Positions 38,079 to 46,628 of a stretch of DNA of 64,000 bases are shown piece by piece; position 1 is the stretch's first letter, and each line of letters opens with the position of its first letter. A program made the position numbers and the translations under genes. The stretch is from a virus. The notes under the pieces are model-generated. The model made no database searches. It saw nothing but the letters and a program-made list of their open reading frames with translations, and was not told where the DNA came from. The stretch covers positions 109,052 to 173,051 of the IMG/VR virus record IMGVR_UViG_3300047498_000060; one strand, written 5' to 3'.

Positions 38079-39301
38079 ACCTCAAGCTCCTCATGTACAT
38101 CTGCCTCCTCACCCCCGCAAAGCCCGTCGACAAAGAGTGGCGTTGGGGCGTTCCTTACCTCCTGATGGGAGCGCCTTCGACCGCGAAGACGAGCAGCATC
38201 ATCCAGGTCTGTGAGCGCATGCAGGCTCCTAGCGAGACGCTGTACCTAAGTACCCACATGCCGGAAGACCTCTCCGGCATCCCGGTGGTGTTGAACGGGA
38301 AGGGTCAGCGCGTGAACTTCATGTCCGAGGTCGAAGCACTGGCGGCAAAGGGCTGCGGTGTGCTGGTCTTGGACGAGCTCACCACAGCGCGAGAGACCAC
38401 CCAGAACGCCGCGATGGGGCTCGTTCTCGAACGCGTACTGGCTGGGACGAAGCTACCCAACGGCTTGCGCATCGCCGCCGCAGCGAACCCGCCCGAGCAA
38501 GCCGCTGCAGCACGTGACCTGTCCCTCCCGGCCGCAAACCGCTTCCTGCACTTCGACGTGACCGAGGAGAACAGGCTGGGCTTCGACGAGACCCTCGAGC
38601 GCAGCTGCGCGCTGGCTCGCGGCGAAGCACCAGCGGCCTACACCGAAGAAAACGAGCTCGGCACGCTCAAGGACGGGGAGAAGATGGTCCTGAGTCGTTG
38701 GGGCGTGGCGCTGCCGCGCACCTGGCGCCTCGTGAAGCGCTTCCTCGACAGTGCGCCTGACCGGCTGACGGTCATTCCGCCTGTTGGGAATCCGTCGCGC
38801 GGACGCGCTTGGGCTTCCAAGCGGAGCTGGGAGATGGGAACCATGGCGATGGCTGCTGCCGAGGCACTTGCCCACCCCGAATGCAACGCAGACCTCCTCA
38901 CCGCCGCCATTGGGGAAGACATCGCAGGCGAGTACATCGAGTTCGTCACGAAGCTCAACCTACCCCATCCGACGGACGTCATCAGTGGTAAGTGGAGCCC
39001 CGACAAGACGCGCCTCGACACCGCTGCGACTGCCTTCGAGTCCGCGACGCTGTTCATCCTCGGCACGACAGACAAGGCGGTGCAGGCGCAGTACGTCAGT
39101 CAGTACTGGGGCGTACTCCACAAGGCTGCCGTCAAGCACAACTTCCTAGACGTCGTGCGCGGCAGCATCGAGTCGATGGTGCAACGCGGCTTCGCCTCAC
39201 AGAGCATCAACCCGGACTTCCACAAGGCAGCCAACCCGCTGCTCACCGCTCTGGGCGAGAAGTTCCACGAGCACCTGAACTTCCCGACGGCCGCACCGTG
39301 A
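38075..39301 (+). CDS. MoxR-like AAA+ ATPase
   Basis: GAPSTAKT (Walker A), LVLDELT (Walker B), AAANP sensor, PAANRF arginine finger, SKRSWE. Confidence 0.85.
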   Translation: MNLKLLMYICLLTPAKPVDKEWRWGVPYLLMGAPSTAKTSSIIQVCERMQAPSETLYLSTHMPEDLSGIPVVLNGKGQRVNFMSEVEALAAKGCGVLVLDELTTARETTQNAAMGLVLERVLAGTKLPNGLRIAAAANPPEQAAAARDLSLPAANRFLHFDVTEENRLGFDETLERSCALARGEAPAAYTEENELGTLKDGEKMVLSRWGVALPRTWRLVKRFLDSAPDRLTVIPPVGNPSRGRAWASKRSWEMGTMAMAAAEALAHPECNADLLTAAIGEDIAGEYIEFVTKLNLPHPTDVISGKWSPDKTRLDTAATAFESATLFILGTTDKAVQAQYVSQYWGVLHKAAVKHNFLDVVRGSIESMVQRGFASQSINPDFHKAANPLLTALGEKFHEHLNFPTAAP

Positions 39302-40596
39302 TAGACACGAACGAAGCCGAGGCAAAGATTTCCCTCGCTCGTACCATCGTCCGCTCCAAGGGTCCCTACTACTCAAAGGCGATGGCCAGCCTGGTGTTCA
39401 TACCCGTCCAGGGCATCCAGACCATGTGCGTGACCACGAACCTGATCCTTGGCTACGACCCGGAGTGGGCGCTCATGGCGCCCGCTACGGTACTCGCTGC
39501 AGACGTTGTTCACGAGATCAACCACTTCATCCGACGGCATCTCCACCGCATTCCTGGTGGAGATCCTCACTTGAAGAACATCGCTGGCGACTTGTCCATC
39601 AACCCTGACCTCCTCATCGGAGGCTGGGACCTGGCGGACAAGACCTCGCCACGACCCGTCATCTTACCGAAGGACTACAACTTCCCTGACGGCCTCTCCA
39701 TGGAGGAATACTACGCGCTCCTGATGAAGGAGCAGGAGAAGAAGAACAGCAAGCTGCAGGAGCTCCTCGATGCGCTGCGTGACGGTGGTGACGGCAAGGG
39801 TGGTGGCGTCGGCAGCGGTGCCTGTGGAGGTATCGCCCAGGGCGCGGCATCTTCCGCTGTCGAGAAGGCACTCGAGGCCATCCCAGGAGTCGGCCGCTCC
39901 AAGGCCGAGGTCAAGAACGTCGAGGTCATCGCCGCGAAGCAGATCAAAGACTACGTCGCGCAGAAGGGACGTGGGTCCGTCCCCGAGAAGCTCATTCGCG
40001 ATGCTGAGCTCTCGAAGGAGATCTCGAGGATCCGCTGGCAGGACATCCTGTCGCGCGTCATCCGCACCGCCACCGGCCAGGTCATGCTGGGCGGTGAGGT
40101 CGAGCCCTCGTACATCCGCCTCTCGCGGCGTATGCAACCGGAGACGGGTATCATCCGTCCCAGCTACATCACGCAGATGCCGGAGATTGCCATCGTCCGA
40201 GACACCTCGGGCTCGATGGGACCGAAGCAGCTACAGGACTGCGTGCGTGAGTCGTACGCCATCGTGAAGAGTCTCGGCATCGATGAGGTCTGGTTCACGG
40301 ACGCGGATGCTGCTGTGTCGATGCCCTGGCAGCGCGTAAAGAAGGAATTCTTCGACAAACTGAGCACGTCATGCGGCGGAGGTGGGACGCACTTCGCCCC
40401 CGCCATCAAGGACGCGCTCAAGCTCCATCCGAAGCCCGACCTCCTCATCTACTGCACCGATGGTGATGGTAGTGCTGGCGATCCGCCGCGGGGAATGGGC
40501 GTTGTGTTCGCGGTCGTCCCGTCCTACCACAACAAGGCCCCGTGCGAATGGGCCACCACCGTCTTCATCGAAAATCCGGAGAAGAGCACGTCGTAG
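39298..40596 (+). CDS. Metallopeptidase-like + VWA domain protein (DUF2201-type), partner of the AAA+
   Basis: HEINHFIRRH, NIAGDLSIN, EEYY, MIDAS DTSGS, GGGTHF, TDG. Confidence 0.85.
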   Translation: MIDTNEAEAKISLARTIVRSKGPYYSKAMASLVFIPVQGIQTMCVTTNLILGYDPEWALMAPATVLAADVVHEINHFIRRHLHRIPGGDPHLKNIAGDLSINPDLLIGGWDLADKTSPRPVILPKDYNFPDGLSMEEYYALLMKEQEKKNSKLQELLDALRDGGDGKGGGVGSGACGGIAQGAASSAVEKALEAIPGVGRSKAEVKNVEVIAAKQIKDYVAQKGRGSVPEKLIRDAELSKEISRIRWQDILSRVIRTATGQVMLGGEVEPSYIRLSRRMQPETGIIRPSYITQMPEIAIVRDTSGSMGPKQLQDCVRESYAIVKSLGIDEVWFTDADAAVSMPWQRVKKEFFDKLSTSCGGGGTHFAPAIKDALKLHPKPDLLIYCTDGDGSAGDPPRGMGVVFAVVPSYHNKAPCEWATTVFIENPEKSTS

Positions 40597-40599
40597 TGA

Positions 40600-40622
40600 G
40601 GAAGGGCCTCGTGCCCTTCTTC
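40600..40622. terminator. Hairpin between convergent VWA and portal genes
   Basis: GAAGGGC-CTCGT-GCCCTTC followed by TTCTT. Confidence 0.5.
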
Positions 40623-42665
40623 TTAGGTACCGCCTGCTCGACGAGGGGGACGCTGCTGCGGCATCGGGCGCGTGTCGACGCCGGCCACCTGCGACCCGGT
40701 GTTCCCTGAATCGTCTCCGCCCTCGCCTCCCATCTGGGCCAGGTACTGACGCACCAAGTCCGCGAGCTCGGGACTCTGGAAGCTGAGGTTGGTGATGGCC
40801 TGCGTCTGCTGCTGCTTCGGCAGAGTCGCGATGGTGCGCGCCTGCATCATCGCAAGAGAAGGCAGGTCGATGTTCTGCTTCGCCTGTCCACCGCCCGCGC
40901 CCTGCATCCTCTGCCCGCCTGAGAGTTGGCTGCCGATCTGCTGCAGGAAGTCTGCTGGGGATGCTCCGTTCGCGGGCTGCTGTGGAACCTGCTCTCCTGG
41001 CTGGGGTGCCTGCCCTTGCTCAGGAGGGGGAGGCGCCATGCCTGTCGCTTGCGGGCCTTCGGCACCACCAGGTTCCCCCGGTGCCTGTGGGGCCCCCATC
41101 GCGGTCTGGGTCTCCTGCTGCGCACGCGTCTGGTACTTCACCATGACGAGTTGGGACTCGCCCTGGATGGTCGCCATCGCGAGCTGCTGCTTCTTCGTGG
41201 CCTCGAGACGTGTGTCGGTCTCGCGGATCATGATCTGATTCTCGTCTTCTTGGGACATATCGCTGTCCGCAAGAAGAGTCGTATCGCTGATCTTGCCGGC
41301 CGAGTTGAGCTGGAAGTTGAACGCCTTGCGCTGCAGGTCATCCGCCATCTTGAACGGCTTGAAGCGGATGTTCGCGAGGGGCCAGCCGAGGAACGAGGAG
41401 ACCTGCCGCATGATGAAGCGCGCGAGGTCACGCTGACGCTGGAGGTAGCCAATGAACATGTTCTCGAGCATGCGCATCGAGACGTTCGTGCCAGCGTAAC
41501 TCATGCCACCCTTGATGAACTCGAGGGGAACACCCATGCCGTTGAGGATCTGCTCCGACCAGGTCGTGATCTCCTGCGTGAGAAGGAGCGCGCGGCCGTC
41601 ACCGCCGATGGTCTGGTTGCCAATGGGCAACGGGAGGATGGGGATGTAGTTGCTGTCCGTCCTCCACCGCGCGATCTCTTGAGCGATCTGGTCGCGCCAG
41701 TCGATGAGATTGATGGTGGTGTAGGGGTCTGAGCTCCCCGAGCCTGCCTGCGGGAAGATGACGCGGAGCGGGACGATGTGCTCGACGAGGATGGCCTCCT
41801 GCGCCTTCTTCATGATCTGCAGGTAGAAGGTGTCCTTCAGGACCGGCAGGAGAAGCGGGACACCCACGCCGCGGTCCTGCCCTGCCAGGGTCGGACGGCG
41901 CATGTGGAAGAAGTTGTCCTTCGAGAAGATGACCCCCTTCTGCTCACGCATCGCCTGGATGAAGACTTGCGGGATGCCGTCGACGACGTCCTTGCGCCCA
42001 ATGACGATGTCGTTCCGGATGATCGCGGGGATGTCGTAGAAGTACGTGTAGTCCCCGGTCATGTCGTTGTAGCGAACTTCGACGTCCTCCGGGTTCCAGC
42101 GGATCGTCTTGATGCCGCTCGCGTTCTTGTAATAAACGTCCTTCGGCGTGGCATCACCGACGCGACCACAGCGTGGACAGGTGAGCCGGAAGTTGAAGTT
42201 CGTGAAGATCCAGTTCGTCCGGATCTTCGACGCCTCATCGCGGAAGTTGCACGCGTTGCAGAAGAGGAACTTCTTGAACGGGAACCCGAGCGAGACGTAG
42301 CCGTTGCCGTACGCATGGAAGTCGAGACCAGACTCGACCTGGAACGAGCGGTAGCGGAGGTGATCTTGGAAGTACTCCGTCCAGCGCTTCTTCACCTCCG
42401 GATCTTCGTGGTCGATGATGATGTCGGTGACGGGGTACTCGCTCAGCTTGAACACCGTCGCATTGATGAGCGGGTTCGTGAGGAAGTAGTAACGGCACCA
42501 CTTGAAGAGCTGCTTGACCGTGACCGGCAGGTACGTGTGCGCGATGTCGAAGAACGGCGAAGGGTAGTTGACCCCTTGGATGTTCGAGCCGTTGATGCGC
42601 CCGCGTGTTGTGGCAAAGCGAAGCCCGCTTGCCGGGCCCGTCGCCATTCCTCCCATGAAGCTCAT
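40623..42665 (-). CDS. Portal protein with Zn-ribbon insertion and P/Q-rich C-terminus
   Basis: RYYFLTNPLINATV, YGNGYV, FFHMRRP...GVPLL, EQILNGMGVP...GG..YA; CNAC...CPRC insertion. Confidence 0.78.
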   Translation of the reverse strand: MSFMGGMATGPASGLRFATTRGRINGSNIQGVNYPSPFFDIAHTYLPVTVKQLFKWCRYYFLTNPLINATVFKLSEYPVTDIIIDHEDPEVKKRWTEYFQDHLRYRSFQVESGLDFHAYGNGYVSLGFPFKKFLFCNACNFRDEASKIRTNWIFTNFNFRLTCPRCGRVGDATPKDVYYKNASGIKTIRWNPEDVEVRYNDMTGDYTYFYDIPAIIRNDIVIGRKDVVDGIPQVFIQAMREQKGVIFSKDNFFHMRRPTLAGQDRGVGVPLLLPVLKDTFYLQIMKKAQEAILVEHIVPLRVIFPQAGSGSSDPYTTINLIDWRDQIAQEIARWRTDSNYIPILPLPIGNQTIGGDGRALLLTQEITTWSEQILNGMGVPLEFIKGGMSYAGTNVSMRMLENMFIGYLQRQRDLARFIMRQVSSFLGWPLANIRFKPFKMADDLQRKAFNFQLNSAGKISDTTLLADSDMSQEDENQIMIRETDTRLEATKKQQLAMATIQGESQLVMVKYQTRAQQETQTAMGAPQAPGEPGGAEGPQATGMAPPPPEQGQAPQPGEQVPQQPANGASPADFLQQIGSQLSGGQRMQGAGGGQAKQNIDLPSLAMMQARTIATLPKQQQTQAITNLSFQSPELADLVRQYLAQMGGEGGDDSGNTGSQVAGVDTRPMPQQRPPRRAGGT

Positions 42666-43594
42666 GTAGACTCCGGCGCCTGTCCGGCAGCAGCGGGACT
42701 CATGACGCGTTCAGTGGCGGTTTGCTGTGCCTCAGTCGGCTCCATCGTGGGGGTCGGAGCATTGTGAAGACGGCGCCCACGGAGACGATCCACTCCACGA
42801 CCTGCCCACGCGCCGACCTGAGAAGACCCTGCGCTGAGTGCGACCCGTCCGCCCATCGGCACCATGCCACCAGCGATGTCACCAACAGCACCTCCAAGAG
42901 CACGTCCTACGGATTCCCCTCGGCCCTGCCCCTCTTCGGTAGGAGCCAACGCACCTGCTGCTAGAGGGAGGCCGACAGTCGCTGCCGTCAGCAAGGGCTG
43001 ATTACGGATCTGTTCCTCGGCACTTGTACGCAGCGTCTTACCTACTCCGTTGTTCTTCATCGACTTGAGATAGCCAGGGATGCTGGTCAGGCCCATGTCC
43101 TCCGCCTTCTCAGAGGCCTTCAGCGCTTTCTCCAGCCGTGGGACACTCTTGCTGCCTTCGGCCTTTGCCGCATCGAGCGCTTGACGAGCGTCATGTGCGC
43201 CTCCGCGCACTCCCTTGACCTCTGCAGGGGAAAGCACTCCGGTGAGGCCGTGAACTTGTCGTTGGCCGAAACGCGACGCCGCACCCAGCGCGCCCGGAGT
43301 CTGCGTAAGGTGGCTGAGATCCTTCTTGACCAGGCCGCCAGCTGCTCCGCCAACAAGGCCGCCAGCCATCCCGCCCACCGTCGCACCGTGAACAGCGCCT
43401 CCGAGAGCTCCTGAAACACCACTCTGTCCGTTCTCCTCTGCATGCTGGTAACCATGGATGCCGCCGAGGATTGCTCCACCGCCGGCGCCAAGCAGGGCAC
43501 CACGCCCACCAAGCGAGCCGACGTTCTTCAACGTGAAGCTAGCCTCCTTGCGGAGTTCGTCGCGGAACGCGAGCAACACGGCCTCATCGAGCAT
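42662..43594 (-). CDS. Glycine-zipper KxA-motif protein
   Basis: AFRDELRKEASF followed by multiple GxxxG segments. Confidence 0.7.
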   Translation of the reverse strand: MLDEAVLLAFRDELRKEASFTLKNVGSLGGRGALLGAGGGAILGGIHGYQHAEENGQSGVSGALGGAVHGATVGGMAGGLVGGAAGGLVKKDLSHLTQTPGALGAASRFGQRQVHGLTGVLSPAEVKGVRGGAHDARQALDAAKAEGSKSVPRLEKALKASEKAEDMGLTSIPGYLKSMKNNGVGKTLRTSAEEQIRNQPLLTAATVGLPLAAGALAPTEEGQGRGESVGRALGGAVGDIAGGMVPMGGRVALSAGSSQVGAWAGRGVDRLRGRRLHNAPTPTMEPTEAQQTATERVMSPAAAGQAPEST

Positions 43595-44378
43595 GGAACA
43601 GCCCCAGCTGGTTCATGAGTTGCTCGCGGTTCTCGTTGAGGTGATGCTGCGCCACAAGGAGGCGGTTCAGCTGCACAGCAACAGGTGTTGTAGCAGGAAG
43701 AGGTTTGCCTACGCGCAGGACCTCATCGCAACGATCACGGACGGCCTTGATGTCGAGACCCTCCGGAACATCGGGGGTGACAAAGTTCACTGGCGGCAGC
43801 GTCTGGTAGAGACCGTCATGCTCGTAGACGGTCTTGACGTACGCCTTGAGCTCTTCCGACCAGGCGGGCACGGCCTCCGTGCGCGCATGAGCGGCTGTCG
43901 AACAGGCGATGAGCACCTGCCCCACCGTCGGTACCTGCATCATGACGAAGTCTGGGAACTCACCGTTGAACGGCATGCAGCACGCAAGAAAGACTTCCCA
44001 GCGTTCCCAGAAGGCGTCGGAGAGAAGAAGCGTACGCACCGCCTGGACCTTCGACAGATTCAATGCGCTTAGCCCAACGCCCAGGAACTCTTCGGTGATG
44101 CGTGGGGCGAATGTCTCGGCTTCCCACTCGAGCCAGTCGTCACCGAAGGCGCCGCGAAGAAGAGCCTGGAGTACCACAGGATGCGCCTCAGGGTGTCCCC
44201 AGATGTTCTGCTTCGTCACTGCGGCGAGCGGCAACGGGACGGTCGTCGTGGTCGCCGCAGAGACAGGCGGAGTCGACTCGAGATGCTCGGTGACGGCGTC
44301 CTCCAGCGGGAGGTGGGGGGCGCCGACATCCTTGAGGATCTCGAGGAAGGTCTCCTCGGAGATGGGCAGAGGGGCCAT
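43584..44378 (-). CDS. Hypothetical virion-module protein
   Basis: 264 aa; HPVVL...FGDDWLEWEAET...FWERWEVF. Confidence 0.65.
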   Translation of the reverse strand: MAPLPISEETFLEILKDVGAPHLPLEDAVTEHLESTPPVSAATTTTVPLPLAAVTKQNIWGHPEAHPVVLQALLRGAFGDDWLEWEAETFAPRITEEFLGVGLSALNLSKVQAVRTLLLSDAFWERWEVFLACCMPFNGEFPDFVMMQVPTVGQVLIACSTAAHARTEAVPAWSEELKAYVKTVYEHDGLYQTLPPVNFVTPDVPEGLDIKAVRDRCDEVLRVGKPLPATTPVAVQLNRLLVAQHHLNENREQLMNQLGLFHAR

Positions 44379-44389
44379 CGCGCCCCTCT

Positions 44390-45832
44390 CTAGTACGCCG
44401 GCTCTGCGCCTGGTGCGGTGCCCTGCGCCATGTGAATGACCATCTTCTTCTGGTCGCGGGGCAGGCTCTCATAGACGCCGATGGGGTCCTTGCGGAACTC
44501 CTCCTGGAAGTCCTCTCCGAAGGTGTCACGCACAGTGTGCGTGCCGACGTGCGCGAGACGCCTCAAGTCCGCGTAGGTGATCATGTCGTTGCCGACGATG
44601 TCCGACCACGCCGCCTTGCTTGCGGTCTTCTCGCCGAAGATGGAGAAGTACGGGTCGGGGATCGTCCTGTCATAGGAGCGGTTCAGCCCGGTGTCCTTGT
44701 CGAACTCCGAGAGCAACGCGCAGGCCTCGATGGGGTGAAGAGCCAGCGACGCAAGCTTCGCACCACCCTGAGTGAGGATGACGTCTTCGACGGCGTCGAG
44801 AACGCGGAGCACATCAGGGTACGCCTGGAGCTCCAGTCGACGTGCGTCGAAGGCGATCTTGATCTCGAACTCTGGAGCGAGACCCTCGGCACCATACTTG
44901 CGCGCAATGTCGGGAACGTCGATGGCCATCGCCGATGCCTGCTTCACCAGATTCACGGCATACTCGCGGCGCTCCTCAGGAGCGAAGAGCTTGTAGTGCT
45001 CGCCGAAGTAAGCCCCAGCTGCCTTCACCTGCGCGTAACTGTCGATAGGGTAGCGGGACGCGCTCGGCAGAGCGTAGAGGCTCGCCTTCTTCTCCGTCAC
45101 GTATGTCGGGGGCTTCGCGTTGGTGACATCCACCGTCGGGCGCAGATGCTTCGTCTGCGGTAGCGACTTCAGCCCTTCGCCGGCGATGGCGCTGTTCTCC
45201 TGCAGCATCTCCTCGTGGTCGCTCTTCGAGGCCGAGACCAGGTGACCGACGCGCGCGGTCTTGTTGATGGTCGTCTTCGATGGGGTCGGCGAGAGCTTGC
45301 CCGGTTCCTCCATCGGGGCCGTCATTGTGCCATTGACCTCGCCCGCCTTGATGAGCGCCGGGTTGAGAAGCTGCCCGCCCGCCTGACCCGCAGCTGCCAT
45401 GTTGTTCTTCACGGCCTTGCCTGCACCGAGCAGCGTGCTGCCTGTCGATAGAGCGCCCATCGCGGAGCCGAGGAGGCCCGCCTTCTTCACGAGCTCCTCC
45501 GGGACCGCGAGGTCGTACCAGCCCGAGGCGGTGATGAGGTTCTCGGCGGCCGTCTTCTGCGCTTCGACGGGGAGCTTGTGCGCGTTCTTGAGGAAGTACG
45601 CGACGGAGAGCTCGGTGTTGCCCGGATCCACGCAGGCATACTTCCGCAGCTTTTCTCCGTTGTTCACCATGACGAGCGCGAAGACGTCGTCCGGCAACTG
45701 ATCGCGCGTGCCGTTGAAGTTCGACGCGGTCTTCACGCCCTCTGGCAGCGTGTCCAGCGTGGGGTAGAGAGAACGCAGAGTCTCCCCGTTGAAGTCGTCG
45801 TAGACGTCGAGAACAAGACCGGAGGTCTGCAT
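44390..45832 (-). CDS. KxA-motif virion protein
   Basis: 480 aa; VKTAS, QKTAA, VKKAG, NKTAR, EKKAS, VKQAS, AKLAS, EKTAS; two similar FAL/YAL...KY/RYP units. Confidence 0.7.
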   Translation of the reverse strand: MQTSGLVLDVYDDFNGETLRSLYPTLDTLPEGVKTASNFNGTRDQLPDDVFALVMVNNGEKLRKYACVDPGNTELSVAYFLKNAHKLPVEAQKTAAENLITASGWYDLAVPEELVKKAGLLGSAMGALSTGSTLLGAGKAVKNNMAAAGQAGGQLLNPALIKAGEVNGTMTAPMEEPGKLSPTPSKTTINKTARVGHLVSASKSDHEEMLQENSAIAGEGLKSLPQTKHLRPTVDVTNAKPPTYVTEKKASLYALPSASRYPIDSYAQVKAAGAYFGEHYKLFAPEERREYAVNLVKQASAMAIDVPDIARKYGAEGLAPEFEIKIAFDARRLELQAYPDVLRVLDAVEDVILTQGGAKLASLALHPIEACALLSEFDKDTGLNRSYDRTIPDPYFSIFGEKTASKAAWSDIVGNDMITYADLRRLAHVGTHTVRDTFGEDFQEEFRKDPIGVYESLPRDQKKMVIHMAQGTAPGAEPAY

Positions 45833-45938
45833 GCCCTCATCCTACACGCCACGCTGCGCAAAGGGTACTGCATCTTCGGCAAGTTAGGCGCAGGCAAGGA
45901 GATAAGAAACCTGCCACGTCACTATGCCAGGAGGCTGC

Positions 45939-46628
45939 ATGAACATGTCTGTTGCACCGACACCGGGCGTCTCATCAGGAGCGCCCAGTTGTTTCGGGAA
46001 TGAGTGGGACAGTCGAGAACCCGCATGTACTGGAGGAGCCGACCCGAACTTCCGGGACGAAGAAGGCAGGCACGTCCGCCCACGCTGCGGATGGTTCGCA
46101 ACATGCGGGGCCGTGACTCAATCCTCGCAAAGACTCATCGCACCACAGACCTTGATCCGCCCACACACGCCAGCGCCCGCACCGACGTTCACGCCAACAC
46201 CGCAGGTGTCCCCCCCGGGCATGCCCCCGCGCCCAGCGTGGACACCGCCCGTCTCTCACCCACCCACTACGCCGCAGTCTGTGCTGCCGGAGTGGCAGCG
46301 CATCGAGCAGCAACGGCAGGAAGGGCTACGTCGCGCACAGGCCGCACCGTCGTTCGCTAGCAGCGTTCGGTATGATGCACCCGCACCGTACCAGCACTCG
46401 CCGCAGCAACCTACGCAGATGCAGGGGCCCATCCACTACCCGGCGCAAACCTGGCAAGTCGGTTACGGAATGCCTGCCTATCTTACGCAGGAAGAGATGA
46501 GGCAGCCTGGAGAGTCCTGGTGGTCTGTGTTCGTCCGTGAGATCTTTCGCGGCGCACTGAAGGCGTTGTTTCACTCGGGCGCGCGTTACATAGACGTCAA
46601 CCCGTTCAAGGGCCCACCCAGGAGCTAG
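45939..46628 (+). CDS. Cys-motif protein with P/Q-rich linker
   Basis: AGGAGG RBS; CFG..W....C...RC...TC N-terminal domain, Pro-rich middle, amphipathic C-terminal helix. Confidence 0.6.
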   Translation: MNMSVAPTPGVSSGAPSCFGNEWDSREPACTGGADPNFRDEEGRHVRPRCGWFATCGAVTQSSQRLIAPQTLIRPHTPAPAPTFTPTPQVSPPGMPPRPAWTPPVSHPPTTPQSVLPEWQRIEQQRQEGLRRAQAAPSFASSVRYDAPAPYQHSPQQPTQMQGPIHYPAQTWQVGYGMPAYLTQEEMRQPGESWWSVFVREIFRGALKALFHSGARYIDVNPFKGPPRS

